In this document: piece after piece, positions 18,872-29,633 of the stretch
Layout: every line of letters begins with the position of its first letter
Position numbering within the stretch: the stretch's first letter is position 1
Source: Caldimonas sp.
GTDB taxonomy: Bacteria > Pseudomonadota > Gammaproteobacteria > Burkholderiales > Burkholderiaceae_C
DNA length: 38,146 nucleotides
Assembly (NCBI GenBank): GCA_036503045.1
Contig: DASXXO010000155.1
Span: forward strand, 1 to 38,146
Direction: 5' to 3'
Notes under the pieces: model-generated
Databases searched by the model: none
Told to the model about the DNA's origin: nothing
What the model saw: only the letters and a program-made list of their open reading frames with translations
Position numbers and translations under genes: made by a program

Positions 18872-19326
18872 GTGGGCGAGTTCGTCTTCGCGAGCCGATT
18901 GCCGCGCGTCGTCTTCGGCGCCGGCGCGCTGCGCCACCTGCCGCGTGAGCTCGAGGCGCTCGGCATCGCGCGCGCACTCGTGCTCTCGACGCCGGGCCAG
19001 CGCGCGCTCGGCGAGCGAGTCGCCGCGCTGCTCGGCGCGCGCAGCGCCAGCGTGTTCGCGCAGGCGGCGATGCACGTGCCGGCGGAGACCGCACGCGTCG
19101 CGTGCGACGAGGCGTGCCGCGTCGGCGCCGACGGTGCGGTCGTGATCGGCGGTGTTCGACCTCGGCGCCCGCCATAGCGCGCCGACCTCGCTCGCCGCGA
19201 TCGGCATACGCGCCGAGAGCCTCGACCGCGCCGCCGATCTTGCGCTACAGAACGAATATCCGAACCCACGCCGGCGCGATCCGCGCGCTCCTGCAGCGCG
19301 CGTTCGACGGCGCGCGCCCGGCCCGA
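18872..19326 (+). pseudogene. Maleylacetate reductase remnant (large internal deletion plus frameshifts)
   Basis: N-terminus RVVFGAG...ALVLSTPGQ...AAMHVP...GADGAVVIGG joins out of frame at ~19153 to the C-terminus FDLGARHSAPTSLAAIG..LDRAADLA..YPNPR, then shifts again to AIRALLQRAFDGARP. Confidence 0.85.
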
Positions 19327-19348
19327 GCAGCCGCGCGAATCGGCCGCG

Positions 19349-20275
19349 CTACTCGGTCAGCCGATGGACGCCCTTCAGCGGGCACGCGTAGATGGCGTTC
19401 CTCAGCGCCGCAATCGCCTCGTAGCGCGTGAAGCTGCGCCGCCACGCGACGACGACGCGGCGCGTCGGCACCGGCTTGGTGAACGGCACGTAGGCGATGT
19501 GCGGCTGCTCCTCGTCGGGCACCGAGAGCTGCGGGACGACGGTGACGCCCATCCCCGAAGCCACCATGTACTTGATCGTCTCGAGCGACGATCCTTCGAA
19601 GGTCTTGCGGATGCCCTCGGCATCGGCCGGCGCGAACTGCGCGTATTCGGGGCAGACCTCGAGCACGTGGTCGCGGAAGCAGTGACCCGTGCCGAGCAGC
19701 AGCATCTTCTCGGTCTTGAGCTCCTCGGCGCCGATCGCCTTGCGCTTGGCGAGCGGATGCGTCTTCGGCACCGCGACGACGAACGGCTCGTCGTAGAGCG
19801 GCGCGATCGCGAGGCCGGTGTCGGGAAATGGCTCGGCCATGATTGCCGCGTCGAGCTCGCCCGCGCGCAGCAGCTCGAGCAGCTTGGCGGTGAAGTTCTC
19901 CTGCAGCACGAGCGGCATCTGCGGGACGCGTTCGATCGCCTGGCGCACGAGCTCGGGCAGCAAGTACGGGCCGATGGTGTAGATCACCCCGAGCGAGAGC
20001 GGCCCGTTCAGCGGATCCTTCCTGCGCTTGGCGGTCTCCCTGATCTGCGCCGCCTGCTCGATGACCGCTTGCGCCTGGCGCACGATCTCCTCGCCGATCG
20101 GCGTCACACTCACCTCGTTGGCGCCGCGCTCGAAGATGCGCACGTCGAGCTCTTCCTCGAGCTTCTTGATCGACACCGAGAGCGTCGGCTGCGAAACGAG
20201 GCAGGCCTCGGCGGCGCGCCCGAAATGCTTCTCGCGCGCGACCGCGACGACGTATCGGAGCTCGGTCAGAGTCAT
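19349..20275 (-). CDS. oxyR: Hydrogen peroxide-inducible genes activator OxyR (LysR family)
   Basis: LysR HTH HFGRAAEACLVSQPTLS; redox Cys pair GHCFRDHVLEVC; EGSSLETI; downstream of recG. Confidence 0.93.
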   Translation of the reverse strand: MTLTELRYVVAVAREKHFGRAAEACLVSQPTLSVSIKKLEEELDVRIFERGANEVSVTPIGEEIVRQAQAVIEQAAQIRETAKRRKDPLNGPLSLGVIYTIGPYLLPELVRQAIERVPQMPLVLQENFTAKLLELLRAGELDAAIMAEPFPDTGLAIAPLYDEPFVVAVPKTHPLAKRKAIGAEELKTEKMLLLGTGHCFRDHVLEVCPEYAQFAPADAEGIRKTFEGSSLETIKYMVASGMGVTVVPQLSVPDEEQPHIAYVPFTKPVPTRRVVVAWRRSFTRYEAIAALRNAIYACPLKGVHRLTE

Positions 20276-20302
20276 GGGTCCGGCAATAGGTGGTGGGTGG
20301 CG

Positions 20303-21568
20303 TTAGCGCTTGGCAACGCGCTTGGTCGCCTCGATCTTCGCCAGGTCGAGGGCCTGCACCATGCCCTTGAGCGTTGCCATGTCGACGCGGCTCCCTTCGG
20401 CGGCGACGACCACGCCGTTGGCGAGGATCACCGCCATCTCGGCGTGGCTGCCGTCCTTCTGGTACTCCTCGTGGACCGTGCGGCCGCCTTCCTTGTAGAC
20501 CTTCTCGACCTTGCCGTCGGTCTCCTTGTCCATGGTCAGGTTGGCCCAGCCCGCCATCGTCGCCAGTCCGGCGAGGCCGCCGGTGTCGGTGATCGAGAGC
20601 TCGGCGCGCTTGTCGCCGGCCGCGTACGACGCCTTCGCGGACGAGGCGGCGATCCCCATGGCTTCGTTGCCCTGCGCCTCGATCGCGGTGCGCTTCATGG
20701 CGCCGATCGACTCCGGCAGCATCGACTTCAGGTCGGCCGCGGGGATCGGCGCGGCGTTGCCGCTGCCGGTCATCGCGCCGAGGATGTCGCCCATGGCCTT
20801 GCCGGCCGCAGCGCTGTCGCCTGACTTCTGCGCCGAGTCCATGCGCTGGCCGGCTTCTTCCATGCGCTTGGCCATGTCGGCCATCGCCGAAGGATTGATC
20901 GTCACGGTCGCGCCGTCGGGAGTCTTGATCTGCACCTCGGCGCCGCCGATCCCGGGCATCGAGGGACCGCCGACCGTACTGGCATCGAATCCCATCGGCC
21001 CGCGGCTGACGAACACCGACGCGACGCCGGCGACGACGATCGTCGCGACGATCGCGCAGACGATGACGACCGCCGTGTACGCGCCTGCCTTTTCCGGCGG
21101 GCAGCGCATCAGCACCGGCAGGCCGGTGTAGTAGAGGTAGATCGAGTAGAGCGCGAGCAGCAAGCCGAGCCAGGCAAGCGGCGGCAGCAGACTGAAGATG
21201 CCGCCGACGAAGCCGGCGGTGCTGCCGTAGGCGACGACCTTGAGCGCGGCCACGAAATCCTTGCTGCCGCCGAACGTCGGCGCGAGCGCGTTGACGATCC
21301 ACGCGAGCAGGTAGACGACCGCAAGCGAGAGCAGGTAGCCGACGACCATCTGGAGCAGGCCCGTCGTCACCGGCAGCTTCATCATGACGCCGAACCCGCC
21401 GACGCCGACCAGCGTCCAGCCGATGAACCCGGCGATCGCCGGAATCGCGGCGAGGAACACCACGTAGCGGCTGTAGATCGTCGCCGCGTCGCTCGGCTCG
21501 GCCGCGATCAGCGGCCAGGTCTCCTTCGGCTTCAGCAGGATGGACTGCACGCGTTCGATCAGCGACAT
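20303..21568 (-). CDS. Yip1-family membrane protein with soluble C-terminal domain
   Basis: ILLKPKETW, ALAPTFGG, ALKVVAY, YSIYLYYTGLPVLM form a 5-TM Yip1 domain, followed by ~220 aa of hydrophilic sequence. Confidence 0.8.
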   Translation of the reverse strand: MSLIERVQSILLKPKETWPLIAAEPSDAATIYSRYVVFLAAIPAIAGFIGWTLVGVGGFGVMMKLPVTTGLLQMVVGYLLSLAVVYLLAWIVNALAPTFGGSKDFVAALKVVAYGSTAGFVGGIFSLLPPLAWLGLLLALYSIYLYYTGLPVLMRCPPEKAGAYTAVVIVCAIVATIVVAGVASVFVSRGPMGFDASTVGGPSMPGIGGAEVQIKTPDGATVTINPSAMADMAKRMEEAGQRMDSAQKSGDSAAAGKAMGDILGAMTGSGNAAPIPAADLKSMLPESIGAMKRTAIEAQGNEAMGIAASSAKASYAAGDKRAELSITDTGGLAGLATMAGWANLTMDKETDGKVEKVYKEGGRTVHEEYQKDGSHAEMAVILANGVVVAAEGSRVDMATLKGMVQALDLAKIEATKRVAKR

Positions 21569-21595
21569 CGTCTCCTCCGTACGCGTTTGGCGCCG

Positions 21596-23653
21596 CTAGG
21601 CGTTCAGGTAGTCGGCGCGGCCGCCGAGCCAGCGCTCGATGTGGCGCAGCGCGGCCTCGGGATCTTGCTCCAGCAGACGCTCGGCCGCACGCCGCGCTTC
21701 GATGACGAGCGACTCGTCGAGCACCGGATCTGCGAAGCGCAGCAGCGCTGCGCCCGATTGTCGCGCGCCGAGGAACTCGCCCGGGCCGCGGATCGCGAGA
21801 TCGCGGCGCGAGATCTCGAAGCCGTCGTCGGTCTCGAGCATCGCCTTCAGGCGCTCCTTCGCGGTGTCGGAGAGCGGCGCGCTGTAGAGGAGCACGCAGA
21901 CGCTCGCCGTGCTGCCCCGCCCGACCCGGCCGCGCAACTGGTGCAGCTGGGAGAGGCCGAAGCGCTCCGCGTGCTCGACGACCATCAGCGACGCGTTCGG
22001 CACGTCGACGCCGACCTCGATCACCGTCGTCGCGACCAGGACGGCGATCTGGCCACCAGCGAAGAGCGACATCGCCGCCGCCTTCTCGGCGGCCGGCATG
22101 CGCCCGTGCAGGAGGCCGATCATCCGGCCGGGCAGCGCTGCGCACAGTTCGGCGTGGGTCGCGGTGGCGTTCTTGAGGTCGAGGGCCGCCGACTCGTCGA
22201 CCAGCGGGCAGACCCAGTAGGTCTGCCGGCCGCGCGCCGCCTCGTCGCGGATGCGCGCGATCACCTCGTCGCGGCGCGCGTCGCCAAAGAGCTTGGTGAC
22301 GACGGGCGTGCGGCCCGGCGGCAGCTCGTCGATCGTGCCGACGTCGAGGTCGGCGAACAGCGTCATCGCGAGCGTGCGCGGGATCGGCGTCGCGCTCATC
22401 ATCAGCAGATGCGGCTCGAGCGCGCCCTGGTCGTCCAGCTTGGCCCGAAGTGCCAACCTCTGGGCGACGCCGAAGCGGTGCTGCTCGTCGATGATCGCGA
22501 GGCCGAGGCGCGCGAAGCGAACCTGCTCCTCGATCACCGCGTGGGTGCCGACGACGAGCCCGGCTTCGCCCGACGCCACCCGCGCGAGCATCTGCTCGCG
22601 CTTCTTCCCTTTGCGGCTGCCGGTCAGCCAGGCGATGGTGACGCCGAGCGGCGCGAGCCAGCCGACGAGCTTCTTCAGGTGCTGTTCGGCGAGGATCTCG
22701 GTCGGCGCCATCAGCGCGCACTGCCAGCCGGCGTCGATCGCGCGCGCCGCGGCGAGCGCGGCGACCACGGTCTTGCCCGAGCCGACGTCGCCCTGCAGCA
22801 GGCGATGCATCGGCACCGCGCGCGCGAGGTCGGCGTCGATCTCGGCGCCGACGTGCCGCTGCGCGCGCGTGAGCGCGAACGGCAGCGCGGCGAGCAGCGC
22901 GTCATGCAGCTTGCCGCGCGCCGGCGCCATTGCCGGCGCGCGCTGGCGCTCCCGCCGCGCGAGCAGCTGCGACAGCTGCTGCGCGAGCAGCTCCTCGAAC
23001 CTGAGGCGCTGCCATGTCGGATGCGATCGGTCCTCGATCGCCTCCGCCGCGAGCCCGGGCGGCGGCTCGTGCAGATGCGCGAGCGCATCGCGCAACGTCG
23101 GCAGGCCGGCCGGGACGATGCCGGGCGGCAGGTGCTCGTCGAGGTCGGCGCGCGCGCGGCCGGCGGCGACAGCCTTGCGCAGCGTCGCCTGCGAGAGCTG
23201 CACGGTGCTCGGATAGACCGGCGTCAGCGCGGTCGGCAAGGGCGTTTCCGGCGTCACGACCTTGAACGACGGATGGACCATCTCGACGCCGAAGAATCCG
23301 CCGCGTGCCTCGCCGCGCGCGCGCACGCGCTTGCCGACCGCGAGTGCCTTCTGCGCCGACGGGTAGAAGTGGAGAAAGCGCAGGACCAGGTCGCTGCTCT
23401 CGTCGGCGATCTTGACGACGAGCTGCCGGCGCGGCCGGAACTGGATGCGCGAATCGCTGACGACGCCTTCGACCTGGCCGGTGTCGCCGTCGCGCAGCGT
23501 GGCGATCGGCACGATGCGCGTCTCGTCCTCGTAGCGCAGCGGCAGGTGCAGCGCGAGGTCGATGTCGCGCACCAGGCCGAGCTTCGCGAGTGCCTGCTCG
23601 GGCGCCGTCGGCGCGGCGACGGGCTTGGGCGCGCGCCGCAAGGGGAGGGCCAT
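21596..23653 (-). CDS. recG: ATP-dependent DNA helicase RecG
   Basis: [60 protein letters not shown]. Start trimmed to ATG 23653. Confidence 0.97.
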   Translation of the reverse strand: MALPLRRAPKPVAAPTAPEQALAKLGLVRDIDLALHLPLRYEDETRIVPIATLRDGDTGQVEGVVSDSRIQFRPRRQLVVKIADESSDLVLRFLHFYPSAQKALAVGKRVRARGEARGGFFGVEMVHPSFKVVTPETPLPTALTPVYPSTVQLSQATLRKAVAAGRARADLDEHLPPGIVPAGLPTLRDALAHLHEPPPGLAAEAIEDRSHPTWQRLRFEELLAQQLSQLLARRERQRAPAMAPARGKLHDALLAALPFALTRAQRHVGAEIDADLARAVPMHRLLQGDVGSGKTVVAALAAARAIDAGWQCALMAPTEILAEQHLKKLVGWLAPLGVTIAWLTGSRKGKKREQMLARVASGEAGLVVGTHAVIEEQVRFARLGLAIIDEQHRFGVAQRLALRAKLDDQGALEPHLLMMSATPIPRTLAMTLFADLDVGTIDELPPGRTPVVTKLFGDARRDEVIARIRDEAARGRQTYWVCPLVDESAALDLKNATATHAELCAALPGRMIGLLHGRMPAAEKAAAMSLFAGGQIAVLVATTVIEVGVDVPNASLMVVEHAERFGLSQLHQLRGRVGRGSTASVCVLLYSAPLSDTAKERLKAMLETDDGFEISRRDLAIRGPGEFLGARQSGAALLRFADPVLDESLVIEARRAAERLLEQDPEAALRHIERWLGGRADYLNA

Positions 23654-23672
23654 GGGAGAATTTTGCCCTGCG

Positions 23673-25879
<2,207 letters not shown>

Positions 25880-26089
25880 CGCGGGTGTCGTGGCGCGCCC
25901 GCGTCGGGCGCCCCTTACCCGCAACGCCATGGCGCGCCGACAGCCGGCCGGCCGGTCGCCGGCGTCGGCACGGGTCTAGCTTTTGCTGCGACGGTGTCGA
26001 GGATCGATGCCGCGTCGCCTCCGCCGCGGCGCCACGCGACAATCGGCGCGCACCGACGAAACTCTGCGCGAGATCTCGACGCCCGTTCA

Positions 26090-27040
26090 TTGATTCCAGC
26101 CAAGCCGCCGAACGCACTGCAGCGCTACCTGGGCGAACGTCTGATCGGCCCGGCGGCGCAGCACGTCCTGCGCCATCCGTGGTCCTTCCTCTGGCAGTCG
26201 ATCAACGGATTCCGAGCCAACCAGGGACTGCTCCTCGCCGGCGCGGTCGCGTACTACGCGCTGCTGTCGATCGTCCCGCTGCTGATCCTGACGGTCATCG
26301 CGCTCTCGCACTGGGTCGACCAGGGCGAGCTGCTGGCGACGCTCCATCGCTACCTCGAGTGGCTGATGCCAGGGCAGTCGCGCGCGATCGTCGGCGAGCT
26401 CGCCACCTTCCTCGCCCAGCGCCAGGGCGTCGGCCTGCTGCTGCTGGGGACGATGATCTTCTTCAGCTCGCTCGCGTTCACGGTGCTCGAGAGCGCGATG
26501 TCGGTGATCTTCCTGCACCGCGTGGTCACGCGGAAGCGCCGCTTCATCTTCTCGGCGCTGATTCCGTACGTCTACATCCTCTCGCTCGGCATCGGGCTTC
26601 TTCTCGTCACGCTCGTCGCCGGGAGCCTGCAGGCGGTCGGCAAGGAGAGCGTCGAGCTGTTCGGCCACGAGTGGCCGCTGAGAGGCGTCTCTGGCCTCCT
26701 GCTGTACCTGCTCGGGGTCGCCGGCGAGATCTTCGTCCTGACGTCGGTCTATCTCGTCATGCCGGTCGGGCGACTCGCCTGGCGGCACGCGCTGATCGGC
26801 GGCATCACGGCGACGGCGCTCTGGGAGATCACGCGCCACGTCCTCGTCTGGTACCTGGCGACGCTGTCGCAGGTGACCGTCGTCTACGGCTCGCTGACAA
26901 CTGCGATCGTCGTCCTGCTGAGCCTCGAGATCGGGGCGACGCTGCTCCTGTTCGGCGCGCAGGTCATCTCCGAGTACGAGCGGCTCGACCGCGCCCTCGC
27001 GGTTCAGGCCGAGCCGGGGTTCAGCACGGCGTCGGGCTGA
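26090..27040 (+). CDS. YihY/virulence factor BrkB family membrane protein
   Basis: AGAVAYYALLSIVP and VYGSL..IVVLL motifs. Start uncertain: TTG 26090 chosen; the frame is open from 25994. Confidence 0.85.
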   Translation: MIPAKPPNALQRYLGERLIGPAAQHVLRHPWSFLWQSINGFRANQGLLLAGAVAYYALLSIVPLLILTVIALSHWVDQGELLATLHRYLEWLMPGQSRAIVGELATFLAQRQGVGLLLLGTMIFFSSLAFTVLESAMSVIFLHRVVTRKRRFIFSALIPYVYILSLGIGLLLVTLVAGSLQAVGKESVELFGHEWPLRGVSGLLLYLLGVAGEIFVLTSVYLVMPVGRLAWRHALIGGITATALWEITRHVLVWYLATLSQVTVVYGSLTTAIVVLLSLEIGATLLLFGAQVISEYERLDRALAVQAEPGFSTASG

Positions 27041-27065
27041 GCCGCACCGCCGGCGCGGTGGCGGC
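27041..27065. terminator. GC hairpin between convergent genes
   Basis: GCCGCACCGC-CGGC-GCGGTGGCGGC stem-loop between the stops at 27040 and 27068. Confidence 0.4.
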
Positions 27066-27067
27066 GC

Positions 27068-28990
27068 TCAGGACGCGAGCAGCGCGCCGACGCGGTCGTG
27101 CAGCCCCGCGGGCGAGACCGCTGCCGGCGGCACCGGATCGCCGGCGACGAGACTGACGCGACTGAACACGCCGCGCCTGAAAGGCTTCGACATCGCTCGC
27201 CCGCCGGCGCGCGAGAAGAACGAACCCCAAACGTTTTGCAGCGCGATCGGCACCACCGGAACCGGGTTCGACGCGAGCAGGCGCATCACGCCGCCCTTGA
27301 ACTCGGCGAGCTCGCCGTCGCGCGAGATCGCCCCTTCGGGAAAGATGCAGAGCAGGTCGCCCTCCTCGAGCACTGCCTGCGCGCGCGCGAACGCCTGCTC
27401 GTAGATCCGCGCATCGACCCGCTGCGGCGCGATCGGGATCGCCTTGGCGAGGCGGAAGAACCAGCCGAGCACGGGCGTCTTGAAGATCTCGTGGTCCATG
27501 ATGAAGCGGATCGGCCGCGGGCTCGCCGCCATCAGCAGCACCGGATCGACGAAGCTCACGTGGTTGCAGACCAGGATCGCCGCGCCTGCGATCGGGATGT
27601 TCTCGTCGCCGCGCACCTTGAAGCGGTAGACGATTCGCGTGACGACGAAGGCGACGAAGCGGATCAGATACTCCGGCACCAGCATGAAGATGTAGAACGC
27701 GACGATCGCGTTCAGCACGCCGATCACGAGGAACACCTGCGGGATCGTCAGGCCGGCGCTGAGCAGCACCCCGACGATGATCGAGCTCGCGATCATGAAG
27801 AGGGCATTCAGGATGTTGTTGGCCGCGATGATCCGTGCGCGGTGGCTCGGCGCCGAGCGCATCTGGATCAGCGCGTACATGGGCACGCTGTAGAGGCCGG
27901 CGAAGAGCGACAGCAGGGCGAGGTCGGCCATCACGCGCCAGTGGCTGTGCTCGGCGAGGAAGGTCGCGATCGTGTAGCCCGCCGACGGCGGCAGGCCGCG
28001 CGCGGCGAAGTAGAGGTCGACCGAGAAGACGCTCATGCCGATCGCCCCGAGCGGCACCAGGCCGATCTCGACGTGGCGGCGCGACAGCACTTCGCAGAGC
28101 AGCGAGCCGACGCCGATGCCGATCGAAAAGACCACCAGGAGGAGCGACGCGACCTGCTCGTCGCCGTGCAGGACTTCCTTCGCGAACGCCGGGAACTGAG
28201 CGAGGAAGGCGGCGCCGAAGAACCACATCCACGAGATGCCGAGGAGCGACCGGAAGACGACCAGGTTGCCTTGTGCGAGCTTGAGGTTGCGCCAGGTCTC
28301 GCTGACAGGATTCCAGTTGATGACGAGACCCGGATCGGTCGAGGGCGACGGCGGCACCGCCTGCGCCGTCAGTCGGCCGAGCAGCGCGACGCTCACGCAC
28401 GCGATCGCGACATAGTGCGTTCCCCCCGGGACCGAGACCAGGAGGCCGCCGGCGACGTTGCCGAGCAGGATTGCCACGAACGTTCCCATCTCGACCATGC
28501 CGTTGCCGCCGGTCAGCTCGCGCTCGTTCAGGTGCTGCGGCAGGTAGGCGAACTTGACCGGGCCGAACAGCGTCGAGTGCAGCCCCATCAGGAAAACGCA
28601 CGCGAGCAGGACGAAGACGTCGGCGCGCAGGAACCCCCACGCGGCGAGCGCCATGATCGCGACCTCCAGCCACTTGACGAAGCGGATCAGGCGCGCCTTG
28701 TCGAACTTGTCGGCGAGCTGGCCGCTCGTCGCCGAGAAGAGCAGGAACGGCAGGATGAAAAGCGCGCCGATCACGAGGCCGGCGAGCGACGGCGGCAGCC
28801 AGCGCACCTGCAGCTGATACGTGATCAGGACCGTGAACGCGAACTTGAACAGGTTGTCGTTGCCGGCGCCGAGGAACTGGGTCCAGAAGAACGGCGCGAA
28901 CCGGCGCTGCCCGAGGAGGGCGAACTGGTTTGGGTGTGGGTGCGCTGCGCTCTCGGGCAGGTGCGCAGCGACTTCGGCGTGGCTGTTCAA
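27068..28990 (-). CDS. MFS (LplT-like) transporter fused to a PlsC-type acyltransferase
   Basis: FWTQFLGAGNDNLFK, GQLADKFDK, FGPVKFAYLP in the MFS part; NHVSFVD (HX4D) and FPEG in the acyltransferase part. TTG start with GGGAG SD. Confidence 0.88.
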   Translation of the reverse strand: MNSHAEVAAHLPESAAHPHPNQFALLGQRRFAPFFWTQFLGAGNDNLFKFAFTVLITYQLQVRWLPPSLAGLVIGALFILPFLLFSATSGQLADKFDKARLIRFVKWLEVAIMALAAWGFLRADVFVLLACVFLMGLHSTLFGPVKFAYLPQHLNERELTGGNGMVEMGTFVAILLGNVAGGLLVSVPGGTHYVAIACVSVALLGRLTAQAVPPSPSTDPGLVINWNPVSETWRNLKLAQGNLVVFRSLLGISWMWFFGAAFLAQFPAFAKEVLHGDEQVASLLLVVFSIGIGVGSLLCEVLSRRHVEIGLVPLGAIGMSVFSVDLYFAARGLPPSAGYTIATFLAEHSHWRVMADLALLSLFAGLYSVPMYALIQMRSAPSHRARIIAANNILNALFMIASSIIVGVLLSAGLTIPQVFLVIGVLNAIVAFYIFMLVPEYLIRFVAFVVTRIVYRFKVRGDENIPIAGAAILVCNHVSFVDPVLLMAASPRPIRFIMDHEIFKTPVLGWFFRLAKAIPIAPQRVDARIYEQAFARAQAVLEEGDLLCIFPEGAISRDGELAEFKGGVMRLLASNPVPVVPIALQNVWGSFFSRAGGRAMSKPFRRGVFSRVSLVAGDPVPPAAVSPAGLHDRVGALLAS

Positions 28991-29035
28991 AGGTTGCTCC
29001 CGTCGGGGGTGCGCGTACGGCGCGCTAGCGGCAAT

Positions 29036-29212
29036 CTAGCGTATCACCTGGACACTGCTGCCCAGGCCGTCGCGCTCGAGCCCGCGGAACACCGAGCCGA
29101 CCGGGACGGTTTCGATGCGATCGCTGAATCGCTTCTCGTTCGGATGGTCGTCGAAGGCGACGTTGGCGCTCGCGACGCGCGCGCCGAGGCGCTTGAACGC
29201 CGACAGGCGCAA
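29036..29212 (-). pseudogene. C-terminal remnant of a probable DUF2145-family gene
   Basis: LRLSAFKRLGARVASANVAFDDHPNEKRFSDRIETVPVGSVF...* has genuine codon bias. The motif NVAFDDHPNEKRFSDRIETV recalls DUF2145 C-termini (from memory, unverified). Confidence 0.5.
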
Positions 29213-29452
29213 CCGCCCCAGACCACGAGACGCCAGCGCGGCGGGTCGACGGTGCGGACCTCGTTGTCGCGAACGAACTTGGCGAGCACGAACGTCGCGG
29301 TGAGGCAGAACGCGTCGCCCATCACCATGAACGCGCGATCGAGATCGCGACCCGGAAGCCACGCGAGGCCGATCGCGCAGAGCGAGGCGGCGGTTGCGAA
29401 CGAGATCCAGAGCTGCGCACGCCACGCCTTGGTGCATCGTGATCGTCTGCAT
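29212..29452 (-). pseudogene. YiaA/YiaB-family inner membrane protein, frameshifted and truncated
   Basis: ATG 29452 with GGAGA SD gives MQTITM. A shifted frame then reads TKAWRAQLWISF...LPGRDLDRAFMVMG..FCLTATFVLAKFVRDNE...WRLVVWGG and similarity ends. Confidence 0.7.
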
Positions 29453-29633
29453 GGTGTTCTCCGCGATTGGTTGCAAGCAGCGGGGCGCATCTTGCGTGGC
29501 GCTCTTGCGCTGCGCCATCGCTCGCAAGGGCGTGGCAGCGGCCGGCACCGCGCGGCGCGTCCGGCGCTACCAGGCGCGCGACGATCGCGTTGTGGCAGCA
29601 TCGGCCGCCATGCCGCTGTTACCCGTCACGACC

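Noticed and set aside
25880-26089. Possible tRNA or ncRNA downstream of tgt
   Set aside because: Only GC hairpins; no T-loop, cloverleaf or recognisable RNA motif.
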